Assembly (NCBI GenBank): GCA_963666515.2
Contig: OY762897.2
Span: forward strand, 1,664,001 to 1,728,000
Reading direction: 5' to 3'
Length of the DNA stretch: 64,000 nt
Source: Candidatus Binatia bacterium
GTDB lineage: Bacteria > Desulfobacterota > Binatia > UBA9968 > JAJDTQ01
In this document: positions 38,557 to 48,698 of the stretch, in pieces
Layout of the letters: the number at the start of each line of letters is the position of its first letter
Numbering within the stretch: position 1 is the first letter of the stretch
Made by a program: the position numbers and the translations under genes
Notes under the pieces: model-generated
What the model saw: the letters and a program-made list of their open reading frames with translations, nothing else
Database searches by the model: none
Told to the model about the DNA's origin: nothing

Positions 38557-39522
38557 CTACAACCCCAGCACCGCCTGCTTCTCGTTCCACGCGGCCATCA
38601 ACTCGTCCTTCTCCTCCCCCATGTGGTTGATGGCCTGGGCGACGATGTCCACGCCCACGAGTTCGGACCAGCCTTTCAGCAACCGCACCGTCACGGGGCC
38701 CGGTGCTTCGTACGGGAAGCCGACGCCGTTGATGCTCTTGATGGGCACGATGGTGGGGCTGGTGCTGGTGAGGAAGGCCTCGTCCGCGTTGAGGCAGTCG
38801 TAGGGCGTCAGGTCGGCCTCCTCCACCTCCAGGTCCAGCGGTCCCGCCAACTCTCCGAGCACCGCACGCGTGATGCCGCCCAACACGTTCTTGGAGCCCG
38901 GCGTGTAGACCTTCCCGTCGATGACGGCGAAGAAGTTGTGGGCGTTGCTCTCGGCGATGTTGCCGTCGAGGTCCAGCATGAGCGGGATCGCCTTGGGGTC
39001 CGCCTGCCGGGCCTCGAAGGTGGCGATGATGTGGTTCATCTTGTTGGTGATCTTGGCCTTGGACTCCAGGCACTGCGGCGGGATGCGCCGGGTAGCCGGC
39101 ACGATGATGGGGACGCCTTCGACGTAGTGGCGGCAGAAGCCCGTGAAGTCCACGTCCATGCAGTAGATGGCCACGGTGGCGTTGGTGTTGGCGCGGGGTC
39201 CCGACGAGGAGCGCGCGCCCCGGCTCACCACCTGCCAGATGGAATAGTCGTCGTCGGGACCCAGGAGGTCCCGGTTGCGCTCCAGCACTTCCAGACACGC
39301 CGCTTCCATCTCGTCCTGCGACATGCCGCAGTCGATGCGGGTGTACTTGAGCGACCTGAACAGCCGGTCGTTGTGCTCCTTCAACTTGAACGGCTTGTGC
39401 CGGAAGGTGCGGGTCACGTCGTAGACGCCGTCGCCGGCGTGGAAGCCCATGTCCAGAACCGACACCTTGGCCTCGCTCTCGGGTACGAAGCTCCCGTTCA
39501 GATAGACGATCTTCTCATGCAT
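38557..39522 (-). CDS. Aminotransferase class IV (D-amino acid/branched-chain-like)
   Basis: GFHAGDGVYD, KAKITN PLP lysine, LGGITR, ADEAFLTST. Confidence 0.85.
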   Translation of the reverse strand: MHEKIVYLNGSFVPESEAKVSVLDMGFHAGDGVYDVTRTFRHKPFKLKEHNDRLFRSLKYTRIDCGMSQDEMEAACLEVLERNRDLLGPDDDYSIWQVVSRGARSSSGPRANTNATVAIYCMDVDFTGFCRHYVEGVPIIVPATRRIPPQCLESKAKITNKMNHIIATFEARQADPKAIPLMLDLDGNIAESNAHNFFAVIDGKVYTPGSKNVLGGITRAVLGELAGPLDLEVEEADLTPYDCLNADEAFLTSTSPTIVPIKSINGVGFPYEAPGPVTVRLLKGWSELVGVDIVAQAINHMGEEKDELMAAWNEKQAVLGL

Positions 39523-39634
39523 GTCAGCGCCTCCATACTGTTGTCACGGGGAATGACGGCAATCTACTATGAAACGGCCTCACGGTCCATTTGTCCAGGA
39601 ATAGATGGGCGGACGCCTTTTTCGTTCGCGTTGA

Positions 39635-39659
39635 TTGACATGGGGGTTCCTCGTGTCAA
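39635..39659. promoter_or_regulatory. TTGACA-N13-TGTCAA inverted repeat (paired -35 boxes or operator)
   Basis: Lies between the divergent aminotransferase and msrP genes. Confidence 0.4.
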
Positions 39660-39719
39660 GAGTGTAGTGTAGGGGAAACGCATACCGATCACGTCTCGTA
39701 GAAGGAAAGGAAGCCGCCC

Positions 39720-40679
39720 ATGCTGATCAGGAAGCCCGACGACATCAAGAGCAGCGAGATCACCGACAGGAAGCTCTACCTCAACCGCCGCCAGTTCATT
39801 CGCACCGCCTCGCTGGGAGCCGCCGGCATCGGCTCCGGCCTGCTGGTTCCGGCCATGTTCGGCGACGTGGACGAGGTCCACGCGGCCAGGAAGCTCGAGG
39901 GCTTCACCACGGGCAAGTTCTCCACGGACGAGCCCAAGACCCCGCTCAAGGACATCACCAGCTACAACAACTTCTACGAGTTCGGCACCGACAAGGGGGA
40001 CCCGAAACGGTACGCCGGGAACCTCAAGACCCGGCCGTGGACCGTCGAGGTGGACGGCGAGGTGCACAAGCCCAGGACCTTCGACATCGAGGAACTGCTC
40101 AAGATGCCGCTGGAGGAACGGGTCTACCGGCTGCGCTGCGTGGAGGCGTGGTCCATGGTGATCCCCTGGATCGGCTTCGAGCTGAAGCACCTGATCAAGG
40201 TGGTGGAGCCCACCAACAATGCCAAGTACATCCAGTTCGTCACGCTGTACGATACCGAGCAGATGCCCGGTGTGCGCCGCGACATTCTGGACTGGCCTTA
40301 CAAGGAAGGCCTGCGCATGGACGAGGCCATGAACCCGCTGACGATCATGGGGGTGGGACTCTACGGCGAGGTGATGCCCAACCAGAACGGCGCGCCCATC
40401 CGCCTGGTGGTGCCGTGGAAGTACGGCTTCAAGAGCGCCAAGTCCATCGTGAAGATCCGTTTCGTGGAGAAGGAGCCGCTCACGGCGTGGAACGTCGCGG
40501 CGCCGAACGAGTACGGCTTCTACTCCAACGTGAACCCCACGGTGAACCATCCCCGCTGGAGCCAGGCGAGCGAGCGGCGCATCGGCGATTTCTTCAGGCG
40601 CAAGACGCTCATGTTCAACGGCTACGAGGAGCAGGTGGCCCATCTGTACAAGGGGATGGACCTGAAGAAGCTGTACTGA
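39720..40679 (+). CDS. msrP: Protein-methionine-sulfoxide reductase catalytic subunit MsrP
   Basis: Tat motif [32 protein letters not shown]. Confidence 0.95.
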   Translation: MLIRKPDDIKSSEITDRKLYLNRRQFIRTASLGAAGIGSGLLVPAMFGDVDEVHAARKLEGFTTGKFSTDEPKTPLKDITSYNNFYEFGTDKGDPKRYAGNLKTRPWTVEVDGEVHKPRTFDIEELLKMPLEERVYRLRCVEAWSMVIPWIGFELKHLIKVVEPTNNAKYIQFVTLYDTEQMPGVRRDILDWPYKEGLRMDEAMNPLTIMGVGLYGEVMPNQNGAPIRLVVPWKYGFKSAKSIVKIRFVEKEPLTAWNVAAPNEYGFYSNVNPTVNHPRWSQASERRIGDFFRRKTLMFNGYEEQVAHLYKGMDLKKLY

Positions 40680-40680
40680 A

Positions 40681-41301
40681 GTGGCTGCGATCAAACCGTT
40701 TACCTGGATCAAGGTAATCGTCTTCGCGCTGGCCCTGGTCCCGGCCGCGCGTCTCGTGGTGGGCCTGTTCACGGGCGGGTTGGGCGCCAACCCCGTGGAG
40801 TCCATCACCCACACCACCGGCACCTTCGCGCTGGTGTTCCTGATGATAACGCTGGCGGTGACGCCGTTGCGAAGGATCACGGGCTACGCCGGCCTCATCC
40901 GGTTGCGCCGCATGTTGGGGCTGTTCGCGTTCTTCTACACCGTCCTGCACCTCTCCACCTTCGTGGTGCTGGACCATTTCTTTGACGCGGCCGCCATCGT
41001 GCAGGACATCCTCAAGCGGCCGTACATCACCGCGGGATCGGTGGGGTTCGCGCTGATGGTGCCGCTGGCCGCCACCTCCACCGCCGGCATGATCCGCAGG
41101 CTGGGCGGGCGCCGCTGGCAGCAGCTCCACCGCCTCGTCTACTTCTCCGCCATCGCCGGGGTGGTCCACTTCCTCTGGCTCGTGAAGGCCGACCTGCGGG
41201 AGCCCCTCATCTTCGCCGGCGTGCTGGCCGTGCTGCTGGGCTACCGCATCGCGGTGTGGCGCAACGCGCCGTGGTCGAAGAAACGCCCGTCCCGAACCTG
41301 A
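40681..41301 (+). CDS. msrQ: Heme-binding membrane subunit MsrQ
   Basis: RRMLGLFAFFY..LH, WQQLHRLVY; follows msrP. Confidence 0.92.
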   Translation: MAAIKPFTWIKVIVFALALVPAARLVVGLFTGGLGANPVESITHTTGTFALVFLMITLAVTPLRRITGYAGLIRLRRMLGLFAFFYTVLHLSTFVVLDHFFDAAAIVQDILKRPYITAGSVGFALMVPLAATSTAGMIRRLGGRRWQQLHRLVYFSAIAGVVHFLWLVKADLREPLIFAGVLAVLLGYRIAVWRNAPWSKKRPSRT

Positions 41302-41458
41302 TTTGACAGGGCGGCGGACGCCCCGCTATAAACTCCGTTTTGCGTGTCTTTGACGGCGCGGCCGGCCCTTCGGCCGCGCCTTCGATTATGGACGGCGATC
41401 CGCATCCCGGAACGCGCCGGGGACACGATCCGAACACGGCAGGAGCGACGATCACGCC

Positions 41459-41932
41459 ATGAAACAAACGGTTCGGGTGACCGTCAATGGACGGTTGTAC
41501 GAGGAGGAAGTGGAGCCGCGCCAGCTCCTCTCCTATTTCCTGCGGGAGACCATCGGCCTCACCGGCACGCACATCGGCTGCATCATCGGCGAGTGCGGCG
41601 CCTGCACGGTGCAGGTGAACGGCACGCTGGTGAAGTCGTGCCTGATGTTCGCGGTGCAGGCCAACGGCAAGGAAATCACCACCATCGAGGGGCTCGCGGA
41701 AGGCGACGCGCTGCACCCGGTGCAGGAGGCCTTCATCAACAACTACGGCTTCCAGTGCGGCTACTGCACGCCGGGCATGATCATGGCCGCCGACTCCCTG
41801 TTGAAGAAGAACCCGGACCCCAGCGAAGAGGATATCCGCGAGGGTCTGGCGGGGAACCTGTGCATGTGCACGGGGTATGTGCAGATCGTGGCGGCGGTGA
41901 AGGAAGCCGCGGGACAGTTCAACGATGGCTAA
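41459..41932 (+). CDS. (2Fe-2S) small subunit, CoxS-like
   Basis: CIIGECGAC..C and QCGYCTPG..CMC. Confidence 0.9.
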   Translation: MKQTVRVTVNGRLYEEEVEPRQLLSYFLRETIGLTGTHIGCIIGECGACTVQVNGTLVKSCLMFAVQANGKEITTIEGLAEGDALHPVQEAFINNYGFQCGYCTPGMIMAADSLLKKNPDPSEEDIREGLAGNLCMCTGYVQIVAAVKEAAGQFNDG

Positions 41933-44351
41933 AGCAGATCCGAATCAGTACGTGGGCCTTGCCGCCCGGAGCAAGGAAGGGCCGCGGCTCGTCACCGGGA
42001 AGGGCCGGTACACCGACGACTTCACCGAGCCCGGCATGTTGCAGGCGGTGTTCCTGAGGAGCCCGCACGCGCACGCGCGCATCCTCGGGGTGGACGCCCA
42101 GGCCGCGCTGAGCCGCCCGGACGTGTTCGCGGTGGTGACGCCGGAGGACATGAAACGGGACACCAAGCCGTTCCGCCCCGGCCGCTACGCCGCCGGCCTC
42201 AAGAAGCCGATAGCGGAATACGCCGGCGCGGTGGACAAGGTGCGCTACGTGGGCGAGCCCGTGGGCGCGGTGGCGGCCAGGGACCGGAGCACCGCGGAGG
42301 ACGTTCTCGAATCCATCACCGTGGACTACGAGATCCTCCCCGCCAACACCGACGTCCACAAGGCCATGGCCGGCGAGGACGCCTCGGTCATCTACGAGGA
42401 GCTGGGGGCCAACCTGGCCTGGCAGGGCACCCTGGAATACGGCGACACCGAGAAGGCGTTCCGGGAGGCCGACCGGGTGGTGCAGGAGAACCTCAAGATC
42501 CACCGCTACAGCTCGACGCCGCTGGAGCCGCTGGCGTGCATCGCCTCCTACGACCGCTTCAGCCGCAAGCTCACGGTGCGCACCAACACCCAGGTTCCTG
42601 AAAACATCTACGACGCGTTGCGGGACGCCCTCCAGATCGACGACATCCGGGTCATCATCCCGGACATCGGCGGCGGCTTCGGACAGAAGATCCACCTGAT
42701 CCGCAAGTACGTGGTGATCGTGGCGCTGCTGGCCATCAAGTCGGGCCGGCCCGTGAAGTGGATCGAGGACCGCAACGAGCACATGATGGCCGCGGGCCAC
42801 GCGTGCGAGCAGCACTTCGACGTCGAGGCCGCGGTGAAGAACGACGGCACGGTCACCGGGCTGCGCTTCAAGGAGATCGACGACGTGGGCGGCTCCATCA
42901 GCACGCTCACCATCCACTTCACCAACAAGCTCAACAACCTGAGCAACACCTACAAGGTCCAGAACATCCGCGCCGACGGCTACTCGGTGGTCACCAACCG
43001 CTGTCCGGTGATCCCCAACCGCGGCATCGGCAAGCCCGGCATGTGCTACATCTGGGAGCGCATCATCGACAGGGTGGCCCAGGACCTGGACATGGACCCC
43101 TCCGAGGTGCGCTTCAGGAACCTGGTGCAGCCTGAGCAGATGCCCTACACCACCCCCAACGGCAACATCTACGACAGCGGCGACTATCCCGGCCTGCTGA
43201 AACGGGCGCTGGAGAAGGTGGACTACCCGGCACTCAAGGAGGAGCAGGCGCGGGAGCGCGAGAAGGGACGCTACCTCGGCATCGGCGTGGTCATCGGGGT
43301 GGAGCCCGGCGGCCGCAACGCCGCCCGGGACATGGCCATCTTCCCCGAGATGAAGGAGACGCCCGGGTCCGGCGGCATCAACGGCGCCACCATCAAGCTC
43401 GAGAAGAACGGCACCATCGCCCTCTACCTGGGCTCGCCCAACTGCGGCCAGGCCCACGAGACCACCACCGCCCAGGTGGCCGCGGGGATCTTGGGCGTGA
43501 GCCCCGACGTCATCAGCACCACCACGCCCTTCGACAGCGACGTGGCGCCCTGGGGCGTGGCCGCGGCCAACAGCGGCAACAACTTCCACCTCTACGACAT
43601 CGGCTCCATCATCGGCGCCGCCACGCAGCTCCGGGAGAAGGTCCTCAAGGTGGCCGGGCACATCCTCGACGCCGAGCCGTCCGACCTGGAAATCACCGAC
43701 GGCGTAGTGACCGTTCCCGGCTTCCCTCGGCGCAAGCTCACCTTCGCCGAGCTGGGCAAGGCGGCCTACAACAACCAGTCGCTGCTGCCCGAGGGCATCG
43801 ACGCGGGGTTGCAGACCACGTTCTACTACACGTTCCCCCACGCCCAGCCGAACCTGGTGCCGGGCCAGGACCGCCGGGTGCGCGCCCAGTTCACCTTCGG
43901 CGCCGGCGCCCACGTGGCCGTGGTGGAAGTGGACCCGCGCACCGGCAAGGTCGAGGTGCTGCGCTACCTCATCGTGGGAGACAACGGCACCATCATCAAC
44001 CCCGGCGTGGTGGACGGACAGATCTACGGCTCCGCCGCCCACGGCATCGCCGTGGCCCTGGGCGAGGGCTTCGTCTACGACGACGAGGGGCAGCTTCTCA
44101 CCATCACGCTGACCGACTACGGCAAGTGCTCCACCGCCGAGACCCCCAACGTCGAGGTGGAGCACGCGCCCTCGCCGTCGGCGTTCACGCCGCTGGGACA
44201 GAAGGCCGCGGGTGAAGGGGCCGCCATCCCCTCCCCCGCCGCCATCGCCAGCGCGGTGGAGAACGCCCTGGAGCCCTTCGGGGTCAAGGTCCGGGATCTG
44301 CCGCTCACCCCCGAGCGGGTCTGGCAACTGATTCAGGAGGCCCAGGCATGA
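41925..44351 (+). CDS. Xanthine dehydrogenase family molybdopterin large subunit (CoxL-like, not form I CODH)
   Basis: IGGGFGQK, active-site loop PNRGIG, QKAAGE. Confidence 0.88.
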   Translation: MAKADPNQYVGLAARSKEGPRLVTGKGRYTDDFTEPGMLQAVFLRSPHAHARILGVDAQAALSRPDVFAVVTPEDMKRDTKPFRPGRYAAGLKKPIAEYAGAVDKVRYVGEPVGAVAARDRSTAEDVLESITVDYEILPANTDVHKAMAGEDASVIYEELGANLAWQGTLEYGDTEKAFREADRVVQENLKIHRYSSTPLEPLACIASYDRFSRKLTVRTNTQVPENIYDALRDALQIDDIRVIIPDIGGGFGQKIHLIRKYVVIVALLAIKSGRPVKWIEDRNEHMMAAGHACEQHFDVEAAVKNDGTVTGLRFKEIDDVGGSISTLTIHFTNKLNNLSNTYKVQNIRADGYSVVTNRCPVIPNRGIGKPGMCYIWERIIDRVAQDLDMDPSEVRFRNLVQPEQMPYTTPNGNIYDSGDYPGLLKRALEKVDYPALKEEQAREREKGRYLGIGVVIGVEPGGRNAARDMAIFPEMKETPGSGGINGATIKLEKNGTIALYLGSPNCGQAHETTTAQVAAGILGVSPDVISTTTPFDSDVAPWGVAAANSGNNFHLYDIGSIIGAATQLREKVLKVAGHILDAEPSDLEITDGVVTVPGFPRRKLTFAELGKAAYNNQSLLPEGIDAGLQTTFYYTFPHAQPNLVPGQDRRVRAQFTFGAGAHVAVVEVDPRTGKVEVLRYLIVGDNGTIINPGVVDGQIYGSAAHGIAVALGEGFVYDDEGQLLTITLTDYGKCSTAETPNVEVEHAPSPSAFTPLGQKAAGEGAAIPSPAAIASAVENALEPFGVKVRDLPLTPERVWQLIQEAQA

Positions 44352-45205
44352 TCCCCGGCGCGTTCGACTACCACGCACCCGCCTCCCTGGAGGAGGCCCT
44401 GTCGCTCCTGTCCGCCAACCTGGACGACGCCAAGGTCCTGGCCGGCGGCCAGAGCCTGCTGCCGCTCATGAAGCTGCGGCTCGCCAAGCCCGAGGTCATC
44501 ATCGACATCGGCGGCCTCGCGGAACTGAACTACATCCGGGAAGACGGAGACCACATCGCCATCGGCGCCCTCGCCACCTACACGGATGTGGCTGAATCCG
44601 AACTGATCCTGAGCCGCTGCCCGCTGCTGGCGCAAACCGCGGTGGTGGTAGGCGACGTGCAGGTGCGAAACCGCGGCACCGTCGGCGGCGGACTGGCCCA
44701 CGCCGACCCGGCCGAAGACCTGCCCGCCGCCATCCTGGCCCTGGACGCCGAGCTAAAGGCCACTGGCCCCGGCGGCGAGCGCTGGATCCCCGCCGGCGAG
44801 TTCTTCATCACCATGCTCACCACGAGCCTCATGCCCGAGGAGCTGCTCACCGAGATCCGCGTCCCCGCGCGGGATGGCTACAAATCCGCCTACCAGAAGG
44901 CATCCCGGCAGGCCGCCGGCTTCGCCATCGTGGGCGCGGCCGTATGTCTCAAGGAGTCCGCAGACGGCGGCTGCGAGGACATCGCCATCGGCGTCACCGG
45001 CGTGGGCGACATAGCCTATCGCGCCGAAAGAGTGGAAGCGGCGCTACGCGGCCAAAAGCTCGACGACGGCGCCATCTCGGGTGCAGCAGCACTAGTCACA
45101 GACGGCGTCGACCCCATCGAGGACGTCAACGCCACCCCGACCTACCGCGCCCATCTGGCGCAGGTGTACGTGGAAAGGACGATTCAGGCGGCGCGGGCGG
45201 GGTGA
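44348..45205 (+). CDS. FAD-binding medium subunit, CoxM-like
   Basis: LAGGQSLLP, QVRNRGTVGG, HADPAED. Confidence 0.9.
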   Translation: MIPGAFDYHAPASLEEALSLLSANLDDAKVLAGGQSLLPLMKLRLAKPEVIIDIGGLAELNYIREDGDHIAIGALATYTDVAESELILSRCPLLAQTAVVVGDVQVRNRGTVGGGLAHADPAEDLPAAILALDAELKATGPGGERWIPAGEFFITMLTTSLMPEELLTEIRVPARDGYKSAYQKASRQAAGFAIVGAAVCLKESADGGCEDIAIGVTGVGDIAYRAERVEAALRGQKLDDGAISGAAALVTDGVDPIEDVNATPTYRAHLAQVYVERTIQAARAG

Positions 45206-45276
45206 GGTCTTCGCGGCCGTGAGCCGATCCAGCAACCGCTATAGGTCGCCAACTGAAATTTCCGACGGGGAGAACC

Positions 45277-46114
45277 TCACGTGACCTCCGCCCAGGATCG
45301 ATTCAGGATCTCATCCGGCACCATGAGGTTCCAGCCCTTGACTCCTTTGTAGCGTCGACGCTTGTCGCGCGTCATATAGTGGGGCCGTTGTGGGGACAGT
45401 CCGCGCAGAGAATCGAGGTGAGCTTCTCCCACCATCAGTGGTTCTCTGTGCTGTTCCAGAAAGAACCCCACCTTTGCCGCAGTAGTGGCGTTTCCCAGAA
45501 GACGCGTGTACTCGATGACTTGATCCAAATCGAAAAAACTCCACCGATTCCAGAGACCGCCAGATTTCCTCCCAGCTTCCGGCCAGACCAGGGCGGTCCA
45601 GCATATCGACCAGCGTCCTCTCGTGGTTTGTCACTCGGACTTCCACGCCCGAGCGATGGTGACAGGTCACCCCAAACATCGCCTCGCCCTTCGCCAAGAG
45701 CGGCGGTGGTACGGGAGCGCCCCGGAATGTGTGCGATTGGAAGGTCAGCGGAAGCGATTTCCTCGCTGAAACGTAGACGAATCTCCAGTGTACCGAATAG
45801 GCCCTGCCGTGGAATTCCATAGCCGTATGGTACGCCAACACCGCATCCTCGGTCATGTTGGCCGCAACCAAGTATGGATCCACGACAGTGGATTCCGGGT
45901 CCAGTCCCAAGGGGACAGTCGCATAAAGACCCCGGCGCACTCGGACCACCCGTCCTCGCCTCCGATGGTAGTTCAGGAGTGACTTGCGAGTGTTGGAATT
46001 GTCGGATCCCCGGCTGGCCAGAAAGCGGTCCAACTCGTCGACCGTAAACACGGCATGCCACGCCAGAAACTCGTTGAACGTTCCACGCCCTTGTTTTTGA
46101 TGATTGGCGGACAT
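45277..46114 (-). pseudogene. Type IV TA AbiEi-like antitoxin, frameshifted
   Basis: ORFs 45311-46114 and 45277-45528 join into one reading (VEFFDLDQV) if one T is removed from the T6 run (A6 at 45533-45538). Motifs RVRRGLY and ERTLVD.LDRP..GSWEE. Confidence 0.7.
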
Positions 46115-46141
46115 AGGATTAAAAACCTTAATCCTATGTCC
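46109..46141. promoter_or_regulatory. Perfect 14-bp inverted repeat operator over the AbiEi start
   Basis: GGACATAGGATTAA-AAACC-TTAATCCTATGTCC. Confidence 0.65.
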
Positions 46142-46242
46142 CGCATTTTGTCAAAGTTGACGTTTGGCGAGATAGTCGATCAGGACCAGGGAAGCCACCC
46201 CAAAAGCCTCCGAACACCGACAGTGAAGACCGTGCGACCTCC

Positions 46243-47210
46243 TTACAGGCTCCGTACACGGCCGGAAAAAACCCCGTGCATGTCGTTCAGGTGTGTGGCA
46301 AGCCATTGGTGCTGACTGGGCCAATCTGAGTCGTCCTCGGGATCGACATCTCTCAGGTAACAAGCGATCCGACAATCTTGGCGATCTGGCAGTTCCTCCC
46401 ACTCAAGGGGATAGCGCAACTCTTGCTCGATTTCGTCCTTCTGATCTTCGAGGAGACCAAAGAAGTTCTTGGCGTCCTTCCCTCTAATCTAATGTACAAC
46501 TCCGTCCGGACGTACCTCTGCAAACGGTTCAGGGCAGCGGCCAGTGAAAACCCTGTGCGTCCTACGGGATAGTTCATCCAGCTCCTTGGTCCTGGTTTCC
46601 GGTTACCTCTCACCGACCCGTTGGCGCCATCAAGTACACCGTTGAGCGCAGCCCAGTATTCCCGTTGTCTGACCCTTGTTTCCGACAATTCCGCATCATC
46701 GATGGCCCGGGCTGCATGAGCCACCGATTTGGACCAGTCGTTGGGTCGCGCGACAATGTTGAACTTGGGCGCGGCCGGTGAATCACCTATCCTCCAAAGC
46801 TCGATTTCCAAGCCGAAGAAGCGAAAACTCTCATCCGTGATGCTATTCAGCCAGTCCAGGGTAGCTCGGTGTTCTTCCGTAAAGCGCGCCGCCAGCCATA
46901 CGATAGTCACGGCTTGCAGACCGGCCGCGTAGGTCAGTAGCTGACCGAGATGAGTATGGTCGGTCCGCTCAAGTTGGTTTTCGACCAGCACCCACGAGTC
47001 GGTACCCATGTCCTTGCAGAGAATATCGGCCCGAAAAGGTCCGACCTCCTTTTCTTGCGCCTCCAACTCCAGTTCGTCGATACCGAGGGTATCTGCCAAG
47101 ATTTCCAGGTTCTCGGGCTGAGCAAGCCACGGTGTGAACCCTGCCGGTTCACTGGTCCAAATGGTTCGGAGGTCGACGCGCTCCAAACGTCCAAGCAATC
47201 CGTCATTCAT
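46243..47210 (-). pseudogene. DUF4268 / NucS-like endonuclease-domain protein, frameshifted
   Basis: ADILC..VENQLERTDHTHLGQLLTYAAG. The C-terminus (LEWEELPDR..CRI..WL) continues in another frame after a CTAAT tandem duplication at 46484-46493. Confidence 0.75.
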
Positions 47211-47259
47211 CGACAATCTCCCATGCGCACACGCAGGATTCCCCGGATCATGTCGCAAA

Positions 47260-47530
47260 TCAGTTAGGGGCCGGAGGCAATCGCTGAGCGCCGTGCACTA
47301 CGGCCAAGACTTCAACTCGTTCGGGTTTGACCCGGTAGATGATGCGATAAGGTCTTTCGATGACTTCCCGGATGCCCGGCGCTTCATATTCCGGGACTAT
47401 GCGACCAGATTCCGGAAACTGGGCAATCTGCTCCGAACGCCGCGTAAGTCGATCGACTACGCGTTGTGCATATAGAGGTGCGTCTTGAGCGATGTGTTCG
47501 TAGATTGCTACACGTCCAATAAGTCTTCAC
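47260..47530 (-). pseudogene. ParE/RelE-family toxin, frameshifted near its start
   Basis: GTG start MKTYWT, then out of frame AIYEHIAQDAPLYAQRVVDRL..FPESGRIVPEY..IREVIERPYRIIYRV..VLAVVHG. Span is 271 nt. Confidence 0.75.
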
Positions 47531-47715
47531 GTCGCTAAACCAAACTTGGCCCGCACCTCCTTGACGTCCAGAATCCGGCCGGCGTCACTGTCGTCCAAAC
47601 CTGCCTCAATCGCCTGCCGGACGTAGATCTCGTACATCAAATCGTCCCAGGTCGCGTCTGCCGGGAGCTTTTCGATCAGACGCTGTGCTTCCTGTCTGAT
47701 GTCGGTGGTGGGCAT
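47527..47715 (-). CDS. Small antitoxin-like protein paired with the ParE remnant
   Basis: LPADATWDDLMYEIYVRQAIEAGL; stop overlaps the toxin start (GTGA). Confidence 0.7.
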   Translation of the reverse strand: MPTTDIRQEAQRLIEKLPADATWDDLMYEIYVRQAIEAGLDDSDAGRILDVKEVRAKFGLAT

Positions 47716-47798
47716 GGATCACCTCTTCTTTTTGCAATTGAGGACACGTCCGGAACGCCAGATGGCGCTTGTCCGTCAAACCGCTCCGCCAAGATGCA

Positions 47799-47963
47799 TC
47801 AGGATGGCCGTTCCCGAAGTCGCGCAATGACAGATGCAGCCGGCTGCACCTGCCCTGCTTCGATCTGACGGTTACCCAGCTCGATGATCTTGACCAAGGC
47901 GATGGTCGCTTCGCTCGTCTCGCAGCCGTCAGCGTCCTGCAATGGCTGTCCTGGTTTCACCAT
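47799..47963 (-). pseudogene. C-terminal remnant of a Phd/YefM-type antitoxin
   Basis: Hand translation ..TIALVKIIELGNRQIEAGQVQPAASVIARLRER resembles Phd-family C-termini. DNA-binding N-terminus missing. Confidence 0.45.
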
Positions 47964-48074
47964 GTGTGGACCGCTCCGTATTGAACCCCATAAAACAATC
48001 TAAACCCTGGAAGGATCGCGGTACAAGCCCTGTCGGGCGTCTCCGACCAACTCAACTCGGTACGAGTCAACTCT

Positions 48075-48698
48075 TTACACGTCCCGAATGGCGCCCGAGT
48101 GACTGAGGATCAGGGAGGCCAGGCCGCACGCGATCAGGACGCATCCGAACACCACGGTGATCTTGCTGGTGCCCACGTTGGGGATGAAGACGAATACCGT
48201 CACCAGGGTTCCAAGGACGTTGCCCATGGTGGAGACGCCGTACACCGCGCCGGTGATGCGGCCGCCGTACGCCAGCTCCTTGAGCAGCAGGCGCACGAAG
48301 AACGGGGAGAGGGCCGCAAGCAGCGCAACAGGCAGAAACGTCAGGGCCACGGCGGCGACCATGGTGCCCCAGAAGTCATAGCCGGCGGACAGCATGATGG
48401 CTTCCATGACGCCGTTCGCCAAGAACGCCACCAGGATCAGGTAGACGCCGACGGCGGAGAGCACGGTGGATACGATCCAGATCTCACGGGAGCGGTCGGC
48501 GACGATGCCTCCCGCGGTGTAGCCTACCATCATGGCGAAGAGCACGACGGCGATCAGGCAGGCCCAGGTCGTGATGCCGCTGCCGAAATAGGGATTGAGG
48601 TAGCGGCTCCCCAACATCTCGAAGCCCATGAGGGCGAAGCCGGAAAGAAAGATCAGCAGGAACAGCCACGCCGAACCGATCACACGTACCATCACCAC
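48075..48698 (-). CDS. Membrane domain of fused MFS/spermidine synthase family
   Basis: SGFALMGFEMLGSR.L.PYFG and YGVSTMGNVLG. Confidence 0.78.
   Translation of the reverse strand: MVMVRVIGSAWLFLLIFLSGFALMGFEMLGSRYLNPYFGSGITTWACLIAVVLFAMMVGYTAGGIVADRSREIWIVSTVLSAVGVYLILVAFLANGVMEAIMLSAGYDFWGTMVAAVALTFLPVALLAALSPFFVRLLLKELAYGGRITGAVYGVSTMGNVLGTLVTVFVFIPNVGTSKITVVFGCVLIACGLASLILSHSGAIRDV

Noticed and set aside
41925-44351. Call as aerobic CO dehydrogenase coxL
   Set aside because: Lacks the AYxCSFR copper-binding loop of form I CODH.
47134-47475. 113-aa plus-strand ORF
   Set aside because: Antisense to the frameshifted ParE toxin remnant.
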